This document shows, piece after piece, positions 1 through 10,744 of a stretch of DNA of 64,000 nucleotides. The DNA comes from Giardia intestinalis (taxonomy: Eukaryota). The stretch lies in assembly GCA_000002435.2 (NCBI GenBank), contig CM018789.1, one strand, 5' to 3'. Numbering within the stretch: position 1 is the first letter of the stretch; every line of letters begins with the position of its first letter. The position numbers and the translations under genes are program-made. A model generated the notes under the pieces. That model saw only the letters and a list, made by a program, of their open reading frames with translations, was not told the DNA's origin and did not search any database.

Positions 1-1207
1 TCGCGCAGTTGTAGTTGGTATTCGTAGGGTCGTTAATCTTACAAACAGGATCAGTGCAGTGCCCATCAGCAGACGCATAAGTGGTGCAAAGCAAACAGTC
101 AGTCTCTAACGGTCCAAAGCATGTATAGCAAGTGCTGTGACACTTTGTACAAACGTCGTATGCCCCAACCTTTTCGAGGAAGTATCCATCTTTACATTCA
201 ACGCAATTAATCTTATCTGTAGAACATTGTATACAATTATCGTTGGTTCCGCCGACTTGTCCATTAGTCGTTGTGCATGTTGGCGGTGTGCAAGCTTTTT
301 CGGGAGTAGCTTTACCTACAGCACACTCTATACACTCATCCTCATTTTCATTTGCGCAAGTCTTGCACAATGGACTGCACGGCCTACAAAGCTTGTACTT
401 TCGAACTGATGCCAGATAGTATCCATTGGCGCACGTTGCACAATTATTATCGTTGCCGCAGTTATTGCAATGATAGACTGTATTTGTAGCATCATTCATT
501 TTGCAGACGGGAACTGCGCAAGTACCGTCAGCACTGACGCCTCCCGTAGGACACGTCAAGCACTCCATTGGGCCTGGTCCTTTGCAGGTGAGACAAGTCT
601 CATGACACTCGAAGCAGCTGTACGTGTTTGGATCGTAGTAATATGGTCCAGTGCATGATGCGCACGAGGTGGGATGATACTCATCAGGGATGCAGAACTT
701 GTATGTAGAGTCATTACTGTCCACGCACTTTCCGTTTATTGGTAGGTAGTTAGTTGCGCAGATTTTACAATAGATCACGTTATTGTCCGAGCCGCATGAG
801 TTACAATTGGTAAGTTGCAAGTCACACGGGCATGCGCTGGGTGGAGAAGACTCCAACTCGCCAACACGACATGTCAGACAGTCAAAGTGAGAAGGTCCTG
901 AACACGTGCTGCAGGAGCTGTGACAGGAGAAGCAACCGAAGAATAGAGAGTCTAAATAGAAATCATCTGTACATGAGCTACAGATAGTATACCCGTTAGA
1001 CGAATCAGGAACACACTTAGAGTAATTTGCATTACTAGAATCCACGCACGCCCCATTAATCAAACGCAGATCCTTTAGACAAGCGATGCAGATGGTATCG
1101 TTTGGCGGATCGGCGCACTTATAACACGAATCAGTGGGTGATCCGTTGGCACACCCTGTGGCAGCGCAAAGGGCAAGAGACAGGAGAGCGGCAAACACCA
1201 TACACAT
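1..1207 (-). CDS. Partial CDS (N-terminus present, C-terminus beyond left window edge): secreted/membrane cysteine-rich protein with many CXXC motifs (high-cysteine membrane protein / VSP-like)
   Basis: The minus strand reads ATG TGT ATG GTG TTT GCC GCT CTC CTG... from about 1207. This gives a hydrophobic signal peptide, MCMVFAALLSLALCAATGCANG. It is followed by more than 30 CXXC / CX2C spaced cysteines of the form C..C..GxxxC. The frame stays open to position 1. It is not in the ORF track because no stop lies inside the window. Confidence 0.7.
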   Translation of the reverse strand, partial: MCMVFAALLSLALCAATGCANGSPTDSCYKCADPPNDTICIACLKDLRLINGACVDSSNANYSKCVPDSSNGYTICSSCTDDFYLDSLFFGCFSCHSSCSTCSGPSHFDCLTCRVGELESSPPSACPCDLQLTNCNSCGSDNNVIYCKICATNYLPINGKCVDSNDSTYKFCIPDEYHPTSCASCTGPYYYDPNTYSCFECHETCLTCKGPGPMECLTCPTGGVSADGTCAVPVCKMNDATNTVYHCNNCGNDNNCATCANGYYLASVRKYKLCRPCSPLCKTCANENEDECIECAVGKATPEKACTPPTCTTTNGQVGGTNDNCIQCSTDKINCVECKDGYFLEKVGAYDVCTKCHSTCYTCFGPLETDCLLCTTYASADGHCTDPVCKINDPTNTNYNCA

Positions 1208-1233
1208 TTCTCATTTTTTGAAAGGATTCAGGC

Positions 1234-2232
1234 ATGGATAGACCGCTAGCAGAGATCTGTCAATCCATCCTGAAGAAGATCTTGCTGACTCTGAAGCCGG
1301 ACAAATACATATCAGAAGCAATACTCGAAGGAGAAGCAATTGCGGTTTCCGCCCTGCGCTCCGTAGACCCTGATAGTGGGCTTGCCTTTCCCTTGTCACT
1401 GAGCATTGGAAGCGTCATCGGGGACTACTCGCCGTCAGACACTATTGTCTCAACGCGCTTGCCCATGCATAAGTTGATTCGGGTTAAGATAGGGCTCTAT
1501 GTGGGCAAGAATGTTTATTACATGGGGACGACTGTTGTGTTGGGAGTGTCCGAAGGCACAGTCCCCACCTTCCCCCAGCTTACTGACAAGTCGGCCACAT
1601 GCTTGGCGGCAGCCTACATTGCATACCTTCTCATTACAAAGCAGGTAAAGAGCCAGACCCCCCTCGCTGAGGTCCGCAGCATCATCGAATCGGTCTCGCA
1701 ACACTTTGGGGTGCAGCTTCTAGAGGGGGTTGCCTCTTATTGCCTTACAGACAATGGGGTGGATCACAAGCTCGAGGTCTTCCAGAATGCCGCAGACCAA
1801 CCCTTGGTCACGGGCTTCCTGGCAGACGGAGACATCTTTGTTCTGGACATCATAGTGACAGATGCAAAAGACACCGTCCCCAAGCCTGTGCAGGAGCAGC
1901 CATATATCTACCTACCCCCGGAGCTGTCTGCCGAGGGCAAAATCTTTACCCTAGGCAAGACGGGGTTGGTTCAGAAGGAGCTGCAAGAAATGAGAAGATT
2001 CCCCCTTGCTCGGCGTCACATTTCGCAGGCCAACAGACGACAATTTGATCACTATAAGGACTCCATGCAACCGTTTGTCTTAACAAAGCTTGCATCTGGC
2101 GCGAACATAGCTCAAATACTCTCTACATTACAAATTAATTCAGCAGGTTGTCTAGTCCTTGCAGGTCCTGTTCTTCCTAATGTTGTTAAGCCCCCTGTTC
2201 AGCCAACAGAAGAAATGCGGAAGTATTTCTGA
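1234..2232 (+). CDS. PA2G4/EBP1-like protein (methionine-aminopeptidase-like M24 fold, probably non-peptidase)
   Basis: True ATG start. 'GLAFPLSLSIGSVIGDYSP...IRVKIGLYVGKNVYYMGTTVVLG' matches the PA2G4 motif 'GIAFPTSISVNNCVCHFSP...[23 protein letters not shown]'. 'LEGVASYCLTDNGVDHKLEVFQN' matches '[24 protein letters not shown]'. Confidence 0.75.
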   Translation: MDRPLAEICQSILKKILLTLKPDKYISEAILEGEAIAVSALRSVDPDSGLAFPLSLSIGSVIGDYSPSDTIVSTRLPMHKLIRVKIGLYVGKNVYYMGTTVVLGVSEGTVPTFPQLTDKSATCLAAAYIAYLLITKQVKSQTPLAEVRSIIESVSQHFGVQLLEGVASYCLTDNGVDHKLEVFQNAADQPLVTGFLADGDIFVLDIIVTDAKDTVPKPVQEQPYIYLPPELSAEGKIFTLGKTGLVQKELQEMRRFPLARRHISQANRRQFDHYKDSMQPFVLTKLASGANIAQILSTLQINSAGCLVLAGPVLPNVVKPPVQPTEEMRKYF

Positions 2233-2248
2233 GTAAATAAAATACTTC

Positions 2249-5200
2249 ATGCTCTTAAATCTAAACGGGGACTCCTTTGGAGCCGACCGTGATGGCATCT
2301 GCGTGCACTTCGTCCATCAGATCAGGCGTAAGAATGCAGCCTATGCAATTCAGATACTCTCTCTTTCGGTTTCATTAATACTTAGTTTAGTAGTGGCCAT
2401 CTCTCAACAAACAGCTGTCCAGAGTCTACGCTTCCTTGTCGCAACAACATTGGTGATGGTCCTCCATGCTTGCTTTATTATTTTTACAGAGAATTACTAC
2501 GATGTGCGTTGCCAGTGCACCTCAGAATATCACTCTATTAGATCATTTACACTTATGGACAAGCCGTGCAGCTGTTTCACAACTACTGTACCTACTACAA
2601 TCAACATGCTTAACACATTTGGATGTCTATTTTCCCTCTGGTATCTCTTGGTCTTGAAGATATATGCTACAGGGGACTTCTTCGTCTCTGTCTATGCACT
2701 CCTTTCGAGCTACTTGATAGTTAGCTTTCCTGCAGTTGTGGGTCGGCAAGGCTACCTGCATCGCGGAGTCCGAACAGGCACATTTCTCATATTCATGTTT
2801 GCCCTGGTCAAAGTGTTGAATGGATCTACTCTTCTCATTTTACTGATTAGCATTTTTCTTATCACGATTGTGTCCTCGCGCTTTTCTTTTGAGCAGCTCA
2901 ATAGGCGCCCCTTGCAATTGATTATGGATAGCCAGGCCCTGCAGCTTCTCAGCAAGCAATTCATCGCAAAAACGTTTGCTAACCTCCTGCCCCACAGAGC
3001 TCTTGACTATATCTTCCAAGACAAAGACATAAAACTTCAGGTGCACGCCGATATGTACCTCCTGGTGATAAACATCGATATACCGTGCCTCCGAAAGAAG
3101 CTTCAGAAGTACATGTATGCCGCCACCAACACGCACACAAAGCCAGCTTCTAATAATATCAGTTTTTCCCCACTGACAGACTGTTACATAAATCACATTA
3201 TAGCCAGCGTTGTCAATCAGTTCATCTCCTGCATAGATACAATCCTCCTCGACGACTTCCCTCAGCTGACAAAGGTCTACTCGAATCTAAGCACCATAAA
3301 GGTCATTGCTGGCAACTCCTTCACACAATACAACAACAGGCAAAGCCCTCAGGGCGTTGAGTTTGGTGCTGAAAGTGTTGAGCCAAAGGATTATATGAAG
3401 ATTCTGTCTACCTTCGCTCTTCTGGTTAGCAGGTGTGCTGGGATATTTGCGCTCCGTGTAGACTCAGTTATTACTTTTGGAGACCTTGCCATTGGCTTCC
3501 TGGGATCACAACATATGTCATGTTATGAAGTTTTTGGCGCCCCAGTGGCTCTGGCTACTAAGCTACATGAGAAGATAGTTGCATATAATCAGGAAACAAT
3601 AAGGCAATCGGACTCCAGTGCTGCTTCAAACACACAATCTTATGAGAGTGGCCGTGACTGGAGTAGAAGCACGACCAGTACCAACTCAGATAGCTTTGTG
3701 TCTAGCAATCATAATGCTGTGGCGACCGACGACACTAGAGATAAGCCATACGGACATTCTTCTAAGACACCCTCCACTAAGTGCTCACTCTCTCTAAGCA
3801 AAGACAGCCTTCTCTCTAGTCATGATCATGTACCCCTCTATCTAGATGTTGCTCGCTCATCTCTGGACAATGAGCCTATCCATAGTGTTGTCAACGGTAT
3901 CAAGACTGGTGCTGGTCTGAAGGCCAATTTGTTTTCTGCCTCGAATATGTCTTTTTCACAAGCGTACCACTCTGTCGCAGAACCCACAGTCGAGTTCAAT
4001 GAACTGCCGTCAAACGTCTACTTCAGTGTTGTCAATATGCTTTCACGGCCGCTAGAGGAGTATGGGAATCGCGGGACAGAGGGCAGTGACACAATCACCA
4101 GTGATGTTATCTGCTCTGATGCATTCTCCGACGACCCTCAACCGCTAACGAACGCTGACCTAGAGTCTTCGATGAACTTCCGCCGCTTCCTTGCAGCTCG
4201 AAGAGGGAACACCCGCTCTGCAATCTACTCTAGGAGACGCTCCGTCATCAAGGCTCTGAATACCACAACCTCCCCCACTGATGATGCATTTCCGCAAAAG
4301 CTTATTTCACTCCACCAGAATCCTGACTCTAGTGTCTCAATGCACTCTAAACATAGACTTCGCTCACACTCCTCGACAACACCTCAGACTATGCCCCTTA
4401 ATAGCACTTTTTTCTACAGTTCTTCTTCAACAAATAGCATGCGGCTATGGAGCCCTAAGAATCTCAAGATAGACGCCATATACGTCAACAATGCCCTCAG
4501 CCAATTAACCTATCCTTACTCGACAAAGACGCCTAGTCCAAACTTTCAAGAAGTCTGTGACATGAAGGTGTCTGTCTTCCAGGTCTCTCTTGATGGGCTC
4601 TCCACCACCCCGCTCTCAATCGAGTATCCGTCTCGGATAACACATAAGTATCGGAATTTTTTATTTTATAAGCCTCCATTGTACATGTTTTATGACAGTA
4701 TTAAACTTACCCTGCCCGGCAGCTCTCTATCTTCTAATTCGTCTACCTCATCGTCGTCCCATCATTCTCTAGGGATTTTATCTTTCACGAATCACAACTA
4801 TAGTCTGATAGTGTGTTTATTGGCTTTTGGAATAAAGCATCGCATTCTTGTTTCAGAGCAAAACGCTGCCACAAAGGCCAACCTTGGAGAGCACCGCGAC
4901 ATCGACCTAAAAGAGTATCCCAGTCTATCCATTAACAAATCTATTGACACCTCTATAGGCGAAACATTGACCTCCTCGCAGACCACCCATGATACATTCT
5001 CACTCTCTGAATGTACAGATACAATGGTCTCCAACGCGTCGATGCAGAAGGGTGAGGGGTCTCCAAAATGCGAATGCTGGGATGCAGACTCTTCCTATCA
5101 ATTGCTTCTACAGACGGAGGATCTCATCCTGCGTGCCAAGGACCCCAAATCGTCCGGATACAGGGCCCTCCGCATGCTGGATTCCATCCCTATCTATAAC

Positions 5201-8200
5201 TCGAAGGCTATGCGCAAGTTATTTCGTCTTCTGAACACAGATCTTGAGCGTTTTGACAAGGTGATCACAAGTCTCAACAAGAGCCTCCTGCCCCAAGGTA
5301 ATGTGGTTGGAGATCTAGGCACCCTGGCAAATAATCAGTTCGACTTTGATTTCCTTGTGGCAAACGCAGGATTGCACAAAAAGAGGCAGCCTGATGCCGA
5401 GTGGCCGTCCTTCCTAAAAGAGGTTAAGATGGCCATGACTAAGCCAATGGACAATACATCAGAGTTCCACTCTTGCCGCGATCACGATAGCTCTCAGTTC
5501 AGCTCCTTCATATATCCTTTCTCAGGAGACCCTACACTTTTAACTACCTCTTCAGACAGCCATGGTACCCCTCTAACTACGCCCGTCTTTGAATCTGCAA
5601 ACCCAGAGAACCCAATATCTATGATAATGTCTTCCAACGTACTATCAGCACAGAATTTTTCTGATAGTCGCCTAACCAACTTGTATACACACAAGTCTCA
5701 GCTGTTACCAAGCAGTGTCATGGCACCCGAAAACCTGCCTATTCCTGGTCATCAAGCCTTGCTGAAGTCAAAGGTTAGCGACCCAAATCTAAAGACCCTT
5801 ATGACCATAGTTACTCGCAAAACAGAGAGCTTCGACAGCTCTAGCATGAACGTTGACAATGTACTCCCTGTACACTATTTCAAAAGGCGAGCGTATTCGT
5901 ATGTGGACTTTTCGGCAAACAAGCTAGATATACTGTACAGTAAGATAGGCAGGAGGAGCACTGCACGCTTAGGAACAGCCAATCATTCTCTTTCGGAGAA
6001 TAACCAGACGTCTGGAAAGCTAACTGATTGTCTGCGTAACCTCCAAATCAACGAATTGAAAGCCTTTTCGCAAAGTCTAGACAAGAGGCTGCGTAGCAAG
6101 AATGCTAGCCAGCATAAAGCTGATCCAGAATTTAAGCTCAGCAATGCGAACTCCAACTCTGCTAAGTTTTCTCTCCATAGTCATGCAGATGAAGAGGTGG
6201 AGATACCACTCTTGGCGCCCAAGTCTCCTAGCATTGAGTATTCCTCTACCAACGATAGCTGCACTGAATCTTTGCCAGAAACACCTAAATCCGCAGCTTC
6301 ACATCTGCCGATCCATAGGTCTGCGCTTTCGCACCTTTGCCAGTCTGTTTCTCCTTCAAGTGATATCGATAGCAAATCGGACAATACCTATGGCCAGAAC
6401 AAGGATATTTCCCCACCAAACTGCTCGTTCATTAAGGTGAGCAAGACCTTCATTGCAGCTTTACAGGAATCCGATGACTCTATGCACACGCTTTCACTAG
6501 TGAGGGAGAGCGATCAGTCTGCCTCCACCGATGATGCGTCAGATATTCAGTTTAATAAAACTAGCACCAGTCAGCTCAACAATCCTACCGATAGGGCATT
6601 CAGTAGAACATCTGGAGCTTCTGCATATCCATTGCCTGCAGGGCCCTCCACTTATCCAAAAACTGGAACATTGAATCCCCCCAACTTTAATGGATCAATG
6701 CCAACGGATGGCACCTCTAATCCGCCCACTACACTGGACAGCTATTCGTGTCTTTATAAACTTGAAATTGCTAGCGAAAATGATGAGACAGAAAATAGCG
6801 TCCAATCTGTTATACTGTTCAATGGATCGATGCACTTGCCAGACAACAGTGCACAGGATACTGCCCCTGCGTCTATGCTTTCCCAGTTTCGTGGAAATAA
6901 GAGCACTATGGGCGGGAATCCGCGACCCATGGTCTATCAAGCGCCGGATACCCTTGATGGAACTGTGTCGTCGCTATCAATAACTTCTTGCACAGATTCG
7001 CCTCGAAACAAGAGCAAGGCAGCTTCATATAAACCGTCATCTTGTACTGATGGGATGGATGACGATCCTCTCTTCAATCCGATTATCTGGCAGACCAACA
7101 GCTTCATTACCCTCGGAAAGCCAGCGACAGAGAAGCTGAGTACCAGTGCCACGGGACGATCAATTGAGACATCATTCCATGCAATAACCTCACACGCCCT
7201 TAAGGATATAGTAACGACTAGGCCGGCCCCAACACCAGCGTACACTCCCATCAATCTGTCAAACATTAATCAGTACAAGAGTATCGTATACACGACGTTT
7301 GGAGTGGCATTCGACCTTGTTGCACATCCATCTATCTACGCCTCGTCTATGCCCGGGGTTCGCCCCATCTGTTCTTCGTCTTCTTTGCGAGGCGGGCCCT
7401 CTAGCAATAGCAAGCACGACTATGAAGACGCGGCATTCAAAGCCAAAGCAGGATCTACAACAGAAGAAGACCAAGGCTCAAGTGACAGACAAGATGCCAA
7501 CTCTGATGCAGCGCAGGAATCGCTGCTTCAAACACGCAAGAGGCATAGTAAGTTTCTTCACTCCAACTGGCAATCTATGATTTATCTCAAGCGTTGTTCT
7601 CTGAATGCTGCTCTATCCTATATTCAACTATCGGATACCACTGAAGACGAAGAACTGTGCAAGACGTCAGAGCCTCAACTGCCGATTGAAACTGGTCGCC
7701 TAAGACCGCACACTTCAGCCCCAGAGGTTGACACTGAGATCCCAGAGGACTCATCTGCACGCAACTTCTTTGCGTGTGCGCGCTTGAAGAAGATTTATAC
7801 AGGGGAGTTAGAGCAGCCTCAAAGATCCATTAACAAGCCTCGTGGATGGCTACGCTATTCTACTTCTGCGTTCAAGTGGCCGCTCTTCAAACCTTTTCTC
7901 CGTCCACTAACCTGCAAGCCTATTCTTGAGGAGCATGTCTCCTTCCTAATAACTCTTACATCAGGCTACCTTCTGAGGATCTTCTTTGATATTCTTTTCT
8001 ACATTATATTTTTGTTCATGCTCTTTGGGGCACACGAAATAACCGACACCAATCAGCACATCTATCTGTTGTATATTTATGGAAGGCTTTTAACATTTAG
8101 GAATCCCTGCCAACGCAAGCAGCTTTCTACACGCCTAATTAGTGACACGTTTCAGGGATCATCATCCCTTGTGCCCTTTGCAATGAGGTGCAACTTCTCT

Positions 8201-10744
8201 TCTTCGAATTTAGTCCATGTCACAAAACTTGACAGCAATGGTCCCGGATTGGCATCTGTGTTACTCCAAAACCATGCCCAGTTGCATCATTTCCATGCGT
8301 TTATGAGTACCCTCTTGGGCCTACGCATTCTTCTAACGCTGTTTAGAGCACTTATAGCATCAAGGAAATCAAAGCTGGTTGTCTCCACGAAAACTGTGCT
8401 GTTCGGTAGAGTTATGAAAGAGCACCCTATTCTTTATCGGCTGGTGCAAATTACTAGGTGCGTTACCGTTGCTGTTGACGCCGTCTCAAGCTCCATGCTT
8501 ATTCTCACTAGGACCTTTGTCCTCTACGAGTACTTTCGTGGACTCCGAGACTTCACCACAAGTAACTTTGTCTTTTTCTTCTTTCTCATAATAACTACGT
8601 GGAGCAGTATTACCACTGAACTTTCTCCGCTGTGCAACACAAGCACAGGCGCAACGGTCTCGCTCTGCACCCACATATGGGCGAATACTATTTTTCTTCT
8701 TGATGCCACAAATTATTTTGCACCGGTTCTGCGCATATTCACAGAACTAAAATGTGTCTACTTGGCAATCAGCTACTACATTTCCAACATTCTGCAAAAG
8801 ATGGAGCCCACTTATAACGTTTCCAATTCTGCTAATATAGGTTCCTATTTGCAAACAGAGCACATTCGAGATACTGACTACCCCACACTGACCACCTGTG
8901 TCTCACTGCTACCCAATCTTAGGCTTGGAACGCCGCTAAAGGCTATTTGGAATGCCTACCACACTATACGACAAAATTTTCCCAAGCACAACTCGTCTCT
9001 TATAGCTTATCTATCCTGTGCCTTTTCAAAGGCTGGTTTAAGATCTTTGAGGCCTGTCACTTGCCAGACCTTGGACGATGCTCTTGTTCTAGCGCATGAA
9101 TCCCCATCAATACGCAACTTACATTCAGCCATTTATTTTCTATCTATCATTCTCTGTATTGTGCGTGTACTGTTTGGCCAACTGGATCTTTACCACGCGA
9201 TGCTTAACCACGTGGCTCAGGGCATTTCCGCCTACTCAGAGACTAAAAAGGCTATTGGTGTCATCGCATGCAATAAGCTGGAGCGCATATTCTTTGATTG
9301 CTATCTACATAACACCTTCAGTTCGTGCAATGTTCTGACCTACCAAGCAGAGCATCTTCACAGGGGTATCAACATGGACAGGAATCCTGCATATATGGGG
9401 AAGCAGCTCAAGTTAGTTGGAATGGTATCAGATTTAATTTATGACACAGAAGTACAACTTCCGTATGCTACTACAGAGTGTCTTGCTGGTGGACCCCTAA
9501 AACAAAAGGCAAGATTGTCCCTTATGGTGCTCCGTCTCCTGCAAGCCAGGATAGCCTCTATACTATCCAAAAGAGGCCGTGACCATGGTGCAGAGGCAGA
9601 GCATAAAGTTACCACTGTAACGGGGAAGACGACAAAGAGATCTGTGCGCTACTTGCGTTCTCCCTCTGTCCCCAGGCGTGCGGCAGTCTCAGCAACTCCG
9701 CCGGATAAGAAAATCACCTCTGTCACATCATTTGCAAACATGCATGATTGCTATGACATAGCCAAGTCTTTAGAGTCATTACTTAAAGAGAGGTCTGGCG
9801 ATAGTAGTGTACAATTCTCACGTGTGTACTCCGACGAGGAGCTGCATCAGATTGTCAGACGGTCCAAATTCTCCTCTTGGAGAAAGTACGCCCTATTTCG
9901 ATCCTGTTATAATTCGTGCAACTTCACCTTTAGATACTTGTATGACTTGGACACGCTTAGGCTAATACTAGCAAGCAAATTCTCTATGAAGATATGTGAT
10001 GAAAATATGTATCCTCTGAAGCCAGACACGGTATTTGAACCATACTACTCCAAAACGCTTGCCGGAGTCTTGCGGGCGCTACTTGTGTACGACGATAGAC
10101 GCTTCAATAGTATGCCCTCCCCATTCCTCTTCATTCCACCGTCTTACATGCTCTGCATTACCATCACAGAGCTCTATGATGCGATTGTTGAGGAGGGTGC
10201 GCACATTACCCTGCTTAAATATATGACTCTTCTCAAGATAATCAACGATACGGTAGTACGCGACTCCAACCTACTCTATGTGCAGAAAGACTTTAGCTTC
10301 TATATAATCTACAACACTCCACACTTGTCCCAGTTCTCCTCCATACACAATGTCAGTGACCCCATGGATTGCTATGTTGCAATCTTTTACTTGTGTAAGA
10401 TTGCCTATAGCATAAGAAAGTCTTTCCTCTGGGAGCTTGAGAAGCGCTTCTACACGCAGACCTTCAAGGTCTTCGGGTATATTAACTTGCATCATGAGCT
10501 GAACCTTTGCCTCGTCGGACGACGCCTCAACCGGCTCGACATTCTCGATACCACAGCTCTCCACGAGCGCGTCAGGAGCATGTCACTCATCTGTGGACCG
10601 TTTGACGTTGTCCTCCAGGATGAACTGTATAAGGTAGCTAAGGAGGTTTATAGAATGAGCGCTAGCACACGCCGCATGCTGAATATCGAAATAGACGAGA
10701 CTGGAATATATAAGAAGCTGCTAAATATCACTGAAGGTATTTAG
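2249..10744 (+). CDS. Giant (2831 aa) multipass membrane protein with class III nucleotidyl (adenylyl/guanylyl) cyclase-like domain(s); long S/T-rich linker
   Basis: 8.5-kb uninterrupted ORF with a true ATG. Hydrophobic helices cluster at aa ~40-210. Residues ~230-480 resemble a cyclase catalytic fold. 'QVHADMYLLVINIDIPC' resembles 'vtvlFaDIvGFT'. 'TIKVIAGNSF' resembles 'IKTIGDAYM', with the second metal Asp replaced by Asn. 'RVDSVITFGDLAIGFLG...YEVFGAPVALATKLHE' resembles 'GPVvAGVvG...ydvwGdtVNtAsRmes'. A ~1500-aa Ser/Thr-rich low-complexity stretch follows. A second hydrophobic cluster lies at aa ~1985-2250. A weak second cyclase-like stretch occurs near the C-terminus ('RLDILDTTALHERVRS'). 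Confidence 0.6.
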   Translation: MLLNLNGDSFGADRDGICVHFVHQIRRKNAAYAIQILSLSVSLILSLVVAISQQTAVQSLRFLVATTLVMVLHACFIIFTENYYDVRCQCTSEYHSIRSFTLMDKPCSCFTTTVPTTINMLNTFGCLFSLWYLLVLKIYATGDFFVSVYALLSSYLIVSFPAVVGRQGYLHRGVRTGTFLIFMFALVKVLNGSTLLILLISIFLITIVSSRFSFEQLNRRPLQLIMDSQALQLLSKQFIAKTFANLLPHRALDYIFQDKDIKLQVHADMYLLVINIDIPCLRKKLQKYMYAATNTHTKPASNNISFSPLTDCYINHIIASVVNQFISCIDTILLDDFPQLTKVYSNLSTIKVIAGNSFTQYNNRQSPQGVEFGAESVEPKDYMKILSTFALLVSRCAGIFALRVDSVITFGDLAIGFLGSQHMSCYEVFGAPVALATKLHEKIVAYNQETIRQSDSSAASNTQSYESGRDWSRSTTSTNSDSFVSSNHNAVATDDTRDKPYGHSSKTPSTKCSLSLSKDSLLSSHDHVPLYLDVARSSLDNEPIHSVVNGIKTGAGLKANLFSASNMSFSQAYHSVAEPTVEFNELPSNVYFSVVNMLSRPLEEYGNRGTEGSDTITSDVICSDAFSDDPQPLTNADLESSMNFRRFLAARRGNTRSAIYSRRRSVIKALNTTTSPTDDAFPQKLISLHQNPDSSVSMHSKHRLRSHSSTTPQTMPLNSTFFYSSSSTNSMRLWSPKNLKIDAIYVNNALSQLTYPYSTKTPSPNFQEVCDMKVSVFQVSLDGLSTTPLSIEYPSRITHKYRNFLFYKPPLYMFYDSIKLTLPGSSLSSNSSTSSSSHHSLGILSFTNHNYSLIVCLLAFGIKHRILVSEQNAATKANLGEHRDIDLKEYPSLSINKSIDTSIGETLTSSQTTHDTFSLSECTDTMVSNASMQKGEGSPKCECWDADSSYQLLLQTEDLILRAKDPKSSGYRALRMLDSIPIYNSKAMRKLFRLLNTDLERFDKVITSLNKSLLPQGNVVGDLGTLANNQFDFDFLVANAGLHKKRQPDAEWPSFLKEVKMAMTKPMDNTSEFHSCRDHDSSQFSSFIYPFSGDPTLLTTSSDSHGTPLTTPVFESANPENPISMIMSSNVLSAQNFSDSRLTNLYTHKSQLLPSSVMAPENLPIPGHQALLKSKVSDPNLKTLMTIVTRKTESFDSSSMNVDNVLPVHYFKRRAYSYVDFSANKLDILYSKIGRRSTARLGTANHSLSENNQTSGKLTDCLRNLQINELKAFSQSLDKRLRSKNASQHKADPEFKLSNANSNSAKFSLHSHADEEVEIPLLAPKSPSIEYSSTNDSCTESLPETPKSAASHLPIHRSALSHLCQSVSPSSDIDSKSDNTYGQNKDISPPNCSFIKVSKTFIAALQESDDSMHTLSLVRESDQSASTDDASDIQFNKTSTSQLNNPTDRAFSRTSGASAYPLPAGPSTYPKTGTLNPPNFNGSMPTDGTSNPPTTLDSYSCLYKLEIASENDETENSVQSVILFNGSMHLPDNSAQDTAPASMLSQFRGNKSTMGGNPRPMVYQAPDTLDGTVSSLSITSCTDSPRNKSKAASYKPSSCTDGMDDDPLFNPIIWQTNSFITLGKPATEKLSTSATGRSIETSFHAITSHALKDIVTTRPAPTPAYTPINLSNINQYKSIVYTTFGVAFDLVAHPSIYASSMPGVRPICSSSSLRGGPSSNSKHDYEDAAFKAKAGSTTEEDQGSSDRQDANSDAAQESLLQTRKRHSKFLHSNWQSMIYLKRCSLNAALSYIQLSDTTEDEELCKTSEPQLPIETGRLRPHTSAPEVDTEIPEDSSARNFFACARLKKIYTGELEQPQRSINKPRGWLRYSTSAFKWPLFKPFLRPLTCKPILEEHVSFLITLTSGYLLRIFFDILFYIIFLFMLFGAHEITDTNQHIYLLYIYGRLLTFRNPCQRKQLSTRLISDTFQGSSSLVPFAMRCNFSSSNLVHVTKLDSNGPGLASVLLQNHAQLHHFHAFMSTLLGLRILLTLFRALIASRKSKLVVSTKTVLFGRVMKEHPILYRLVQITRCVTVAVDAVSSSMLILTRTFVLYEYFRGLRDFTTSNFVFFFFLIITTWSSITTELSPLCNTSTGATVSLCTHIWANTIFLLDATNYFAPVLRIFTELKCVYLAISYYISNILQKMEPTYNVSNSANIGSYLQTEHIRDTDYPTLTTCVSLLPNLRLGTPLKAIWNAYHTIRQNFPKHNSSLIAYLSCAFSKAGLRSLRPVTCQTLDDALVLAHESPSIRNLHSAIYFLSIILCIVRVLFGQLDLYHAMLNHVAQGISAYSETKKAIGVIACNKLERIFFDCYLHNTFSSCNVLTYQAEHLHRGINMDRNPAYMGKQLKLVGMVSDLIYDTEVQLPYATTECLAGGPLKQKARLSLMVLRLLQARIASILSKRGRDHGAEAEHKVTTVTGKTTKRSVRYLRSPSVPRRAAVSATPPDKKITSVTSFANMHDCYDIAKSLESLLKERSGDSSVQFSRVYSDEELHQIVRRSKFSSWRKYALFRSCYNSCNFTFRYLYDLDTLRLILASKFSMKICDENMYPLKPDTVFEPYYSKTLAGVLRALLVYDDRRFNSMPSPFLFIPPSYMLCITITELYDAIVEEGAHITLLKYMTLLKIINDTVVRDSNLLYVQKDFSFYIIYNTPHLSQFSSIHNVSDPMDCYVAIFYLCKIAYSIRKSFLWELEKRFYTQTFKVFGYINLHHELNLCLVGRRLNRLDILDTTALHERVRSMSLICGPFDVVLQDELYKVAKEVYRMSASTRRMLNIEIDETGIYKKLLNITEGI

